Below are positions 26,999-35,672 of a DNA stretch of 64,000 nucleotides, one piece after another; the first letter of the stretch is position 1, and every line of letters starts with the position of its first letter. Both the position numbers and the translations under genes were made by a program. The notes under the pieces are model-generated. The model worked only from the letters and a program-made list of their open reading frames with translations, was not told the DNA's origin and did not search any database. Source of the stretch: Isosphaeraceae bacterium (GTDB taxonomy: Bacteria; Planctomycetota; Planctomycetia; Isosphaerales; Isosphaeraceae); NCBI GenBank assembly GCA_965201075.1, contig CBDAVP010000022.1, positions 4,567 through 68,566 of the forward strand. Direction: 5' to 3'.

Positions 26999-27837
26999 TG
27001 GACCTGGGCATCTTCGCCAAAACCTTCGAGAAACCGACTCTGGAGGCGACGCTCGACGCCGTCGCCGCGCACGGCCTGGGGATCGTCCAGTTCAACCTGT
27101 CCTGCGTGGGCCTGCCCACCCTGCCCGACTCCATCCCGCCCGAATTGCTGGACCGGATCGCCCGCGTCCTGGCCGATCGCGGCCTGAAGATGGCGGCGGT
27201 CTCGGGCACGTTCAACCTGATCCACCCCGACGCCTCATTGGTGGACGACGGCCTGAGGAGGTTGGACGTGCTGGCGGCGAACTGCAAGCGGCTGGGCACG
27301 TCGATCATTACCCTCTGCACCGGCTCCCGAGACGCGACGGACATGTGGCGATGGCATCCCGACAACAACTCCGAAACCGCCTGGGCGGCCATTGTCGAGG
27401 GGATGCGCCGCGCCCTGGAGATCGCCCAACGGCACGACGTCGTCCTGGCGGTGGAGCCCGAGGGGGGGAATGTCGTCTCCGATTCTCGGAAGGCGAGGCG
27501 TCTGCTCGACCACTTCCGATCCGATCGCTTGAGGATCGTCATTGACCCGGCCAACCTGGAAGCCGACACGCCGGAAAACCCCGCCGGCCGCGTCCTGGAC
27601 GAGGCGTTTGAACAGCTTGGGCCGGAGATCGTCCTGGCCCATGCGAAGGAGCGAGGCGCTGATGGTTCAAGCGGCCACCTGGCGATCGGTTCGGGCATCG
27701 TCGACTTCCCCGTTTACCTGCGTCTCCTGCGACGGTTCGCCCCCAAGGCTCCCCTTATCCTTCACGGCCTCGACGAGTCTCAGGTTGAGCCAAGCGTGGG
27801 ACGACTTCGGGCCATGCTCGCCGAGGACGAATCGTGA
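26998..27837 (+). CDS. Sugar phosphate isomerase/epimerase (xylose isomerase-like TIM barrel)
   Basis: The start MDLGIFAKTF is followed by motifs typical of AP-endonuclease-2/xylose-isomerase-like TIM barrels (VLAVEPEGGN, IVIDPANL). Its start overlaps the upstream stop (TGATG). Confidence 0.85.
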   Translation: MDLGIFAKTFEKPTLEATLDAVAAHGLGIVQFNLSCVGLPTLPDSIPPELLDRIARVLADRGLKMAAVSGTFNLIHPDASLVDDGLRRLDVLAANCKRLGTSIITLCTGSRDATDMWRWHPDNNSETAWAAIVEGMRRALEIAQRHDVVLAVEPEGGNVVSDSRKARRLLDHFRSDRLRIVIDPANLEADTPENPAGRVLDEAFEQLGPEIVLAHAKERGADGSSGHLAIGSGIVDFPVYLRLLRRFAPKAPLILHGLDESQVEPSVGRLRAMLAEDES

Positions 27838-28664
27838 TCGCCGGCATGGTTCGCGACGGCATCCGGTTTCACCATCGAGAGTCGGGCCAGGGGCTTCCGG
27901 TGGTGTTCCAGCACGGTCTGGGGGGTGATGTCGGTCAGCCGTTCGGGCTGCTCGACCCCCTGCCGGGCTATCGGCTGCTGGCGATGGACTTCCGCGGTCA
28001 TGGGCGGACGTCGCCTCTGGGAGACCCGGAGTCGCTGGCGATTCTCCCGTTCGCCGACGATCTGGCCGCCTGGCTGGACGGGCTGGGCGTCGAGCGGGCG
28101 GTGGTCGGGGGAATCTCGCTCGGCGCGGCGGTGGCGCTGGCGTTCGCCTTGCGCTATCCGGAACGAACCCTGGGGTTGATCCTGTCTCGACCCGCCTGGC
28201 TGGACGAGGCCTTCCCCGTCAACGTCCGGATCTATCCACGGATCGCCACCTTGATTCGAGACCAAGGCGCTCAGGCGGGCCTGTGGAGGTTCCGAGAGTC
28301 GCGGGACTATCAGGAGATCGCCGAGGAGTCGCCCGACGCCGCGAGGTCGCTGGTCGGCCAGTTCGAGGAGAGCCACGCCGAAGCGAATGTCGAGCGGTTG
28401 GAGACTTTGCCCCGCTCGGAACCTCCCGGCGATCGTGTCGCCTGGGGACGGATCGCGGTGCCCACTTTGGTCCTCGCCAACCGTCAAGACCCGATCCACC
28501 CGTTCGCTTACGGCGAAGCTCTGGCCGGGGCCATCCCCGGCTCGACGTTTCACGAGCTGACCCCGAAGTCGGTCAGCGTAGAGCGGCATGCCGACGATGT
28601 GCGGCGCTTCCTTGGCGTCTTCCTCCACGACCATTTCCCGGCTGGACCTTCCTCGCCATGCTGA
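27834..28664 (+). CDS. Alpha/beta hydrolase
   Basis: It has HGLGGD, the nucleophile elbow GGISLGA, and a C-terminal His region. The GTG start overlaps the upstream stop (GTGA). Confidence 0.85.
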   Translation: MIAGMVRDGIRFHHRESGQGLPVVFQHGLGGDVGQPFGLLDPLPGYRLLAMDFRGHGRTSPLGDPESLAILPFADDLAAWLDGLGVERAVVGGISLGAAVALAFALRYPERTLGLILSRPAWLDEAFPVNVRIYPRIATLIRDQGAQAGLWRFRESRDYQEIAEESPDAARSLVGQFEESHAEANVERLETLPRSEPPGDRVAWGRIAVPTLVLANRQDPIHPFAYGEALAGAIPGSTFHELTPKSVSVERHADDVRRFLGVFLHDHFPAGPSSPC

Positions 28665-29299
28665 AATGCTCCACGTCCCTGTGGTCGGCCGACCTGACGA
28701 ACCTTGCCGCCGAGGTCGCCCGGGTGGCGCCTTATTCGGAACGGTTTCACCTGGATGTCGCCGATGGGCACTATACGCCGACGATGCTGTTCTTCCCCGA
28801 CCTGGTCGCGACCCTGCGGCCCAAGACCGCCGTACCGTTCGAGGTTCATTTGATGACCACCGACCCCCTGGCGTGGGTGGGCCCATTCGCCGACGCGGGG
28901 GCCGATGTGCTGCTGTTTTGCCTCGACTCGGCGGCCGATCCGGGGGTGGTCCTCTCGGCGATCAAGGCCAGGGGGATGCTGGCCGGTGTTTCGCTGCTGG
29001 TGTCCGAGGGGCCCGAACTCCTGGAGCCTTACTGGGAATTGCTGGACGTGGTCACGATCGTCGGCACGCCGATGGGGATCAAGGGGGCGTCGATGCATGA
29101 GTCGATTCCCGACAAGATTCGTGAGATTCGGACGTTGATTGATGACAAGGGACTGAGGACGGAGATCGAGATCGATGGGGGCATCCGGCGGAATGTTGTC
29201 CCCCGGTTCCATGAAGCGGGGGCGGACTGGATCGTGCCCGGGTCGTTGATGTTCGGCGAAGACCCCGCGGAGATGCGCCGGTGGCTGGCGAGCCTGTGA
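28658..29299 (+). CDS. Ribulose-phosphate 3-epimerase family protein
   Basis: The metal-ligand pattern is conserved: FHLDVADGHY, FEVHLM and IEIDGGI. It overlaps the upstream gene by 7 nt. Confidence 0.85.
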   Translation: MLKCSTSLWSADLTNLAAEVARVAPYSERFHLDVADGHYTPTMLFFPDLVATLRPKTAVPFEVHLMTTDPLAWVGPFADAGADVLLFCLDSAADPGVVLSAIKARGMLAGVSLLVSEGPELLEPYWELLDVVTIVGTPMGIKGASMHESIPDKIREIRTLIDDKGLRTEIEIDGGIRRNVVPRFHEAGADWIVPGSLMFGEDPAEMRRWLASL

Positions 29300-30216
29300 T
29301 GAAGGGCTGCGATGTCCTGGGGATGGGAATCGTCGCGGTGGACGACCTGTTGACCGTGGCCGCCTTCCCCGCGCCCGAGTCCAAGGTCTATGTCCTGAGG
29401 CGCGACCGCCAGTGCGGTGGCCTTTGCGGGACCGCGCTTGTGGCCGCGGCCAGACTGGGGGCTCGGTGTGTCTACGCTGGTTCGCTGGGGAGGGACGAGG
29501 CGTCGGCGTTTGTTCGGTCGGCGCTGGAGGCCGAGGGGATTGTCATTGACTCGCCCCGCGATGGCGCGACGGGTCGTCCTTATCGCTCGACGATCGTGGT
29601 GGACGAATCGGCCCACACGCGCACGATCCTGGTTGAGCCCGGCGTCGGGCTGGGCGACGAGGCGAGTTGGCCGACCGCCGAGGCGATCCGGTCGTCCCGG
29701 GTCTTGCTGGTGGACCATCAGGACATTCCTCAAATGATCCGGGGCGCCCGGGAGGCGAGGGCGGCTGGCGTGGCGGTCGTCTCCGACGTGGAGTTGGACG
29801 AGACGGACCGGACCCGGGAACTCCTTGCCCTGGTGGATCATCTGGTGGTCGGTGAAGCGTTCGCCCGCCAACTGACCGGGGCGTCGACGCCGGGCGATTC
29901 GGCCCTGGCCCTTTGGGTTGAGGGGCGATCGGCGGTGGTCGTCACTTGCGGGTCGGACGGGGCGTGGTTCGTGGATGAGGACAGGGCCGCTCCTCGCCAT
30001 CAAAGGGGGTTCGCGGTCGAGGTGGCCGACACCACCGGTTGCGGCGACGTGTTCCATGGCGCTTATGCCGCCGAGTTGGCCCGAGGAGTAGGACTGGCCG
30101 AGCGGGTGCGGTTCGCCTGCGCCTGCGCGGCCCTCAAGGCGACCCGCTCCGGTGGACAGGCCGGCATTGCCTCGCGGGCGTCGGTGGAATCGTTCCTGAG
30201 GGAGCAGACTCGATGA
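29299..30216 (+). CDS. PfkB-family carbohydrate kinase
   Basis: It has a GG dipeptide region and the C-terminal DTTGCGDVFHGAY anion-hole motif. Its start overlaps the upstream stop (TGATG). Confidence 0.9.
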   Translation: MKGCDVLGMGIVAVDDLLTVAAFPAPESKVYVLRRDRQCGGLCGTALVAAARLGARCVYAGSLGRDEASAFVRSALEAEGIVIDSPRDGATGRPYRSTIVVDESAHTRTILVEPGVGLGDEASWPTAEAIRSSRVLLVDHQDIPQMIRGAREARAAGVAVVSDVELDETDRTRELLALVDHLVVGEAFARQLTGASTPGDSALALWVEGRSAVVVTCGSDGAWFVDEDRAAPRHQRGFAVEVADTTGCGDVFHGAYAAELARGVGLAERVRFACACAALKATRSGGQAGIASRASVESFLREQTR

Positions 30217-31601
30217 GCCTCGACTCGCTGACGAACGACCTGGAACGGGCGCTGGCCGAAGTCCCGGTCATCGACATCCATACGCACCTTGTTGGTGGCC
30301 GGCTGGCGGCGAGGGGGCTGCATGATGTCCTTTTGTATCACATGGTCGTCAGTGACCTGTATGCCGCCGGCTGCCCCGATGGTGCTCGCCTGACCCAATA
30401 TCCGTCGTGGCCCACACGCCAGGAGGCCCACGCACGGATCGAGGCCGCCCTGCCGTTCCTGGGAGCGGCTTCGAATACGAGTTCGGCCTGGGCGGTCCGC
30501 ATCATCCTGGCCGAGCTTTATGACTGGCGAGAGCCGCTTCATGCCCGGAACTGGCGACGGTTGGACGACCTGATTCGCGAGCGGGCCGACGACCAGGCGT
30601 GGGCCCATTCCATCCTCGACCGGCTTCAGGTCCGGCGCACGGGGACGGAGATCGCCCGTCGGGGGGATGGTCAGGATGATGACCGGCTTCAGTATGCCCT
30701 GGAGTGGGGATTCTTCACCCGCTGCCAGTGGGGCGAGTACGACACCGCTCTCCACGAACTGGAACGCTGCTGGGGACGGACCCCGGAGAGCCCCGCGCCG
30801 ATTGGCTCGGGGGCCCGGGCGCCGACCGACCGCGTCATTCGCTCGCTGGAGGATGTTCATGCCTCGTTGGCTCATTATGTCGAGAGCATCCCATTTGACA
30901 AAGTCCTGGCGACGGCCACTCATCTCTCCACCGATATTGATTATACATCGGTTTCCGATGAAGCGATGGCCGACGCGTTGAGCTTGAGAGATCGCGCTGG
31001 GGCACGCGAGCGGGACGTTTATGCGTCGTACATTCACGAGGCCTTTCTGACGGCCCTGGAGACGCATGCCCAGGAAATCGTCTTTCAGTTCAGTTTGGGG
31101 GCCGAGCCCTTGCCGTTCGAGACTGGTAGCCGACTTGGCCAGAGGACGATTGCCCAGCTTGCCGAAATGGTTGGGCGTCACCCCCGGCTCCGCTTTCAGT
31201 GCCTTCTGGCCACGCCCCATGCGAATCACTCGCTCTGTACCCTGGCCCGAGAGTTACCCAACTTCAGCCTGGCCGGGTACTGGTGGCACACGTTCTTCCC
31301 TGGGTCGATCGCCCGGGTCTTCCGCGAGCGGTTGGAAATGCTGCCGGTGAACAAGCAAGTTGGGTTCTTTTCGGATGCTTATTGCGTTGAGTGGACTTAT
31401 GCCAAGATGACTTTGGTTCGTCGCCAGATGGCTCGGGTGTTCGCGGAGGCGATTGAGCAAGGGCAATTCTCGATGGATGATGTATTGCGAATCTCCCGAG
31501 CCGTGCTGTTCGAGACACCCCAAACGCTTCTGGGCTTCACGCCTCGCGAGTCACGAACTCCCGTCGAGGATCAGAGTCGGACGGGCACCTTGAGCCAGTA
31601 G
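30213..31601 (+). CDS. Glucuronate-isomerase (UxaC)-like amidohydrolase-fold protein, divergent
   Basis: VIDIHTHL compares with IFDYHCHL in UxaC. GYWWHTF compares with GSGWWFND. FFSDAYCVEW compares with MLTDSRSFLSY. Its start overlaps the kinase stop (ATGA). Confidence 0.75.
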   Translation: MSLDSLTNDLERALAEVPVIDIHTHLVGGRLAARGLHDVLLYHMVVSDLYAAGCPDGARLTQYPSWPTRQEAHARIEAALPFLGAASNTSSAWAVRIILAELYDWREPLHARNWRRLDDLIRERADDQAWAHSILDRLQVRRTGTEIARRGDGQDDDRLQYALEWGFFTRCQWGEYDTALHELERCWGRTPESPAPIGSGARAPTDRVIRSLEDVHASLAHYVESIPFDKVLATATHLSTDIDYTSVSDEAMADALSLRDRAGARERDVYASYIHEAFLTALETHAQEIVFQFSLGAEPLPFETGSRLGQRTIAQLAEMVGRHPRLRFQCLLATPHANHSLCTLARELPNFSLAGYWWHTFFPGSIARVFRERLEMLPVNKQVGFFSDAYCVEWTYAKMTLVRRQMARVFAEAIEQGQFSMDDVLRISRAVLFETPQTLLGFTPRESRTPVEDQSRTGTLSQ

Positions 31602-33892
31602 GGTTGCTGGCGGTCGCCGCGGAGGCGGAGGTCTTCGAGGTAGGGCTCGAAGTCGGGCTTGACCAGGCCGTTGAAGGCGCGGTTGCGGTTGACGCGGACC
31701 TCGATCGGCTTGGAGAAGTCCAGAACACGAGGGCTGACCCAGACGTCGAGCTGGCGAACTCCGACGACGTTGACTTTCAGGAGGTTGGAAAGATTGCTGG
31801 AAGACACGTCGATGGTCGCGAGCTTGAGGTTCTTGCCTTGAGGGTCGACGGCCTCGGGGTTCGGGGCTCGGCCGGTTGAGAACTCTTTCAGGACGATGCC
31901 GAAGAAGCGGTCATCGCAGACTCTTGAGGAGCAGACGGCGAACTGCCTGGGAGCGGGGTCTCGACGCAGGGTGGCCATCCAGTCGAAGACGGGAGCGGCT
32001 TCCTCGGGGAGGTTGTCGCGGCCCCTTTTGAAGTATTCGACGTAGGTGACGTTGTAGTTCCGGGTGATCATGTCCTTGGCCATGTCGAGCACGGTTTCGC
32101 CCGCGCCGGCGAGGTCTCCCAGGGCGATGTACAGGGGCAAGCGGCGGTCGTTGGCGAACTTGCGGTCTCGGTGATAGGCCAGGGCGTGCTTGGCCGGGAT
32201 GCCCGAGATGGGAGCGACCCCGGCGAAGAGGTCGGGGTGGCCCAGGCCGAAGTCCCAGGCCATGTCGCCGCCGAGCCCCTGGCCCCCCAGGTAGACGCGG
32301 TCGCCGTCGATCGAGAATCGCTTGCGGGCGTCTCTCAGGGCGAGTTCGACCGCGGCATGCTCGGCGGTGGAGTAGAGGTAGTCGGGGGGGTTGGCCGTGT
32401 TGTACTCGGGGGCGATGACGATGTAGCCCCGCCGCATTGCCTCGGTTTTCCACCAGTCGATCGCCGAATCCATTCCCTGGCCGTTGTGGAGGGCGACCAC
32501 CGCGGGGTAGGTCCGGGCGGGGTGATATTCGGGAGGGAGGAGGACGGTGTACTCGGTGGGATCCTGGTTGGGGTCGTCCAGGACCCGGCAGATTCGGGGA
32601 CGGCCCGGGAGGTCGTCGTCGCCCCGGAGTGGGGGCGGAAGTTGCCGGGCCAGGCGAGTCACGGTCTCCAGGTCGAGCGGCCGGCGCGTGGGCGAGGGAA
32701 GTTCCAAGGCCTGGAGAGCGGCGAGGGCCTGGGCGCGGGCGTCCTCGGCCCGGCTGCGCAGGTAGTCGCGGACCAGGCCCCGGGCTTCCCAAAGGACCTC
32801 GGCGGTGGGCAGGTCGGCCACGGCGGCGTCGGGCCCGACGGCCCAGCCGGAGAGGGCCAGGGCGAGTCGCGATTCCGCCTTCGAGGTTGAGTCGGATTCG
32901 GCCTTGGCGAACGGAGCCAGCCGGGGGCGGGCGGCGTCGGGGGCTTCGGTCAGGATTCGCAGGATTTCAGCCAGCGCGGGCCTGGTCTCCTTTTGAAGTT
33001 CGGGGGAAAGCTCGGCGACGACCTTGCCGAGGTGGTCGGCCAGGGCGTGATCCTCGATCTCGGCGACCTTGAGGGCGTCGGTTTGCTCGCGGACGGAATT
33101 CAGGACATCGGCGCCGACGCCCCGAGTGGCGAAGGCGCGGAGGCGGGACGCGACTTCTCGGGGCTGCTGGGCGGCGCGTCGGACCTTCAACTCGGCGAGG
33201 TTGGCCTGGGCCTGGAGGCCGAGGACGTTTTGCCGGGTGTTGCGGGCCATGTCTCGGGTTTCGGGGAAATCCTTGCCCAGCTTCTCCAGTTCCACGATCG
33301 ACTCGGGATACCATTCCGCCTGGATGAGGAACCGACAGAGCTTGGTCCGCTCGGCGACATTGGCCTGGGCCTGGCCTCGGTAGATCAAAGCGATCACCAA
33401 CGTCCGAGGAATCTGGTTGGTGGGGGTCAGCCCTTGCCAGAACTCGTCGATCCCGCGGAACTTGCAGAGGGCGGGGCCCAGCTCGTTGAGGGCCTGGGTC
33501 ATCCGGACGGTGCGGTTCGACTTCACGGAGAGGTAGGTGAAGGTCCGCCGGCCGTTTTCGTCCCAGGGGCCGACACTGACCCCGATGGCCGCGGGGGGCA
33601 TCTGGCCGCCCTGCTTCTCGATCGGCTGGATCAAGGTGAACTTTTCGACCCCCACCTTGGTCGAGGGGTCGGGGTCGGTGCGGACGACCTGGGTGTCGTG
33701 GACGAGCACCCGCTTGAGGCCATCGAAGATGGAGACGAGGGTGTCGTCCTTGTCGACGGTCCCTCGATAGACCAGCCCGTTCTTGAGGGTGACGGAGTCG
33801 GCGAGTGCCCCGGTCGAGGTCGCGACTAGCGCGGCGAGGGTCGCGAACGGGAGGAGTCGAGCCGAGAGACCCGACCGGTTGGGGATGGGCAT
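31571..33892 (-). CDS. Secreted protein with a C-terminal alpha/beta-hydrolase-fold (esterase/S9-peptidase-like) domain
   Basis: The signal peptide is MPIPNRSGLSARLLPFATLAALVATSTGALA. A helical middle region is followed by YPAVVALHNGQG...RVYLGGQGLGGDMAW...APISG. The start is at the internal ATG at 33892. The 3' end overlaps the convergent UxaC-like gene by 31 nt. Confidence 0.75.
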   Translation of the reverse strand: MPIPNRSGLSARLLPFATLAALVATSTGALADSVTLKNGLVYRGTVDKDDTLVSIFDGLKRVLVHDTQVVRTDPDPSTKVGVEKFTLIQPIEKQGGQMPPAAIGVSVGPWDENGRRTFTYLSVKSNRTVRMTQALNELGPALCKFRGIDEFWQGLTPTNQIPRTLVIALIYRGQAQANVAERTKLCRFLIQAEWYPESIVELEKLGKDFPETRDMARNTRQNVLGLQAQANLAELKVRRAAQQPREVASRLRAFATRGVGADVLNSVREQTDALKVAEIEDHALADHLGKVVAELSPELQKETRPALAEILRILTEAPDAARPRLAPFAKAESDSTSKAESRLALALSGWAVGPDAAVADLPTAEVLWEARGLVRDYLRSRAEDARAQALAALQALELPSPTRRPLDLETVTRLARQLPPPLRGDDDLPGRPRICRVLDDPNQDPTEYTVLLPPEYHPARTYPAVVALHNGQGMDSAIDWWKTEAMRRGYIVIAPEYNTANPPDYLYSTAEHAAVELALRDARKRFSIDGDRVYLGGQGLGGDMAWDFGLGHPDLFAGVAPISGIPAKHALAYHRDRKFANDRRLPLYIALGDLAGAGETVLDMAKDMITRNYNVTYVEYFKRGRDNLPEEAAPVFDWMATLRRDPAPRQFAVCSSRVCDDRFFGIVLKEFSTGRAPNPEAVDPQGKNLKLATIDVSSSNLSNLLKVNVVGVRQLDVWVSPRVLDFSKPIEVRVNRNRAFNGLVKPDFEPYLEDLRLRGDRQQPYWLKVPVRL

Positions 33893-34020
33893 GGTTCGCG
33901 GGTCCCGGAGTTGGCCGCCGGGCCCGCCCCGGGGCAATCTCCTTATTGTGACTCCGCCCACGCACGGGTCAAGCCAATGGGGATCGGGTGAGCGGGCCAT
34001 TTCGTTCTCACCTTGGTTGG

Positions 34021-34256
34021 ACCAATGGGACTTGGCTCGGGCGGTACCCCGCTGATGCCTATCCCCCTTTCGCCGACTGATGTCCCTCCCACTCCGCCCA
34101 CCGGACCCCGGAATGGGGGGCAAGCACCCCGGCGCGCACAAGCGTGTGCACGCCGGGCGACAACTCCGCCCACCAGGCCCCGGAATGGGGGAAAGGCACC
34201 GGCGGAGTACCGCCAAAGCCAGTCCCCGATTGCAAGGCCAATGGAGAAATCAACGG
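34021..34256. repeat. Intergenic repeat locus A: an inverted pair of the core motif plus an internal direct duplication
   Basis: The core GGGA-AGG-A....C..GTACC.C..AGCCA.GTCC is present inverted at about 34029-34068 and forward at about 34188-34228. A direct repeat ACTCCGCCCACC.GG.CCCCGGAATGGGGG occurs at 34091-34127 and 34163-34200. Related copies lie at 39.4 and 51.5 kb. Confidence 0.7.
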
Positions 34257-34436
34257 TCCTGGGGTCGGGTGAGCGGGCTCGGGAGTGCGGTTCGCTCGAT
34301 CCCGGAGTATCCCCGCATGGGCTGGTGGGATTGGCGAACCGCCCCCCCCCCGCGCGCGGGGGTCCGGTCCTCGACGCGGGCTCGCGGGCGAGTTCCGATG
34401 CGTGTGGATTGTCAAAGAGCGCGGGGGGATCGAGGT

Positions 34437-35507
34437 TCAGGCTCGTCGGCGTTTGGGATGGGGATTCGGTGGGGCGTCGGGAGGCTCGGGGGGATTATTC
34501 GGCCCTCCTGGTTGGGGAGTCGGCGGGTTGGGCGAGGGGTGGGGCGACGACCAGGATGGGGTGGCGGCCACGGCCGGGGGGTTGGGCTCGTGGGGCGTGA
34601 GGGGTTCGGCCGAACTGGTCCGGTTGGGTTGATACGGGATGTTGTTTTTCCACTCGCCGGGGATGTAGGCGGGCAAGTTGTTTCGGTCGACCGGACGGGG
34701 GTCGGGGCGGGAGGTTTTGAACTGGGAGCGGGTCCAGGCGAGGCGGCGCTCGGCCTGGCGTTGCACCTTGCGCACGGCGGCGACTTCGGGCGGCTCGGGG
34801 CCGAGGCCCAGGGACTGCGCGTGGCGCATGCGCTCGTCGAGCGGTTGCAGGAGGGCGGCGAGTTCCTTGTGGCGCTGGATCTCGGTTCCGGCCACCCTTT
34901 GGAGGTGTTCCAGGAGGGTTTCGGGGTCGTCATCCGGCGGATCGAGGGGCGTAACGCCGTCTCGGAGGTCGGTGGGGACGTTCAGGAGGTTCATGGCCTG
35001 CTGGCGTTGGGATTCGGTCCAGTTTCCTCGTTTATCGAGAGAGGCCAGCAGCCATTCCCAGCGACGGGCGATGACGAGGCAACCCTGGGCGAATTGGCGG
35101 AGGGAGGCGAGGGCTCGGGCGGGGTGACGGGAGAGGGTGGAGGCGAGGAGTTCGGCGTGGTCGCGTTGCTGTTGTTCAAAAACGATGGCGATGCGCTGGG
35201 CGTGGTCGTGTCTCAGAACGATCTGGGTCTGGTGGAGTCGTTCGATTTCGAGAGTGTTTCGCGCGACCTCGTGGACGAGCCAGGTTTCGTAGATGTCGAA
35301 GGGCTTGAGAGAGGAAGTCCAGAAGTCGATTCGATCGTTGAGGGCGTCGGCCTCGTTTTCGGGCGTGATGATGGTCAGGCCGTGCAGGAGCGGGCGGGGG
35401 GTGGTGTGGATTTCGGGCGGGTTTTGGAATTGGGGACATGGGCGTGGCTCTTTCTTTAGCGCGGTTTCCAGGTGCGTTGGGGTTGGAGTTCTCCCCTCGT
35501 GGTTCAC
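34437..35507 (-). CDS. Hypothetical alpha-helical protein with a Pro-rich C-terminal tail; start uncertain
   Basis: The sequence is protein-like from about IVNHEGRTPTP onward. Candidate starts are GTG 35507 and TTG 35519. The track ORF start at 35720 would overlap the divergent gene and adds an Arg-rich segment. I recognise no family. Confidence 0.5.
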   Translation of the reverse strand: MNHEGRTPTPTHLETALKKEPRPCPQFQNPPEIHTTPRPLLHGLTIITPENEADALNDRIDFWTSSLKPFDIYETWLVHEVARNTLEIERLHQTQIVLRHDHAQRIAIVFEQQQRDHAELLASTLSRHPARALASLRQFAQGCLVIARRWEWLLASLDKRGNWTESQRQQAMNLLNVPTDLRDGVTPLDPPDDDPETLLEHLQRVAGTEIQRHKELAALLQPLDERMRHAQSLGLGPEPPEVAAVRKVQRQAERRLAWTRSQFKTSRPDPRPVDRNNLPAYIPGEWKNNIPYQPNRTSSAEPLTPHEPNPPAVAATPSWSSPHPSPNPPTPQPGGPNNPPEPPDAPPNPHPKRRRA

Positions 35508-35672
35508 TATCGTGACCAAGGTCGGGAATGATGACGGCCAAATTGGGATTTTTCGAGATTTTTCCCGAGGTGGTCGCAAGGGTTGGGAAAGGCAGCGCTC
35601 CCTGGCGGCGCGTTGGGGAGCGACGTAGTCTCTGGGTTCTGGGGGAATCGATTCGAGGGAGGTCCGTCCGCG

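Noticed and set aside
25544-28886. Minus-strand ORFs 25544..26827, 26514..27698 and 27780..28886
   Set aside because: They are antisense to the coupled RLP operon genes, which have clear family motifs. Their products lack any recognisable features.
34050-34100. A hammerhead-ribozyme-like CUGAUG plus GAAA motif in the repeat
   Set aside because: The motifs read CUGAUGC and CUGAUGU rather than CUGANGA. The GAAA lies on the opposite strand, so the conserved core cannot be assembled.
34091-34200. A CRISPR-like direct repeat
   Set aside because: There are only two imperfect copies, no regular repeat-spacer periodicity and no cas genes in the window. The copies are part of the larger dispersed element.
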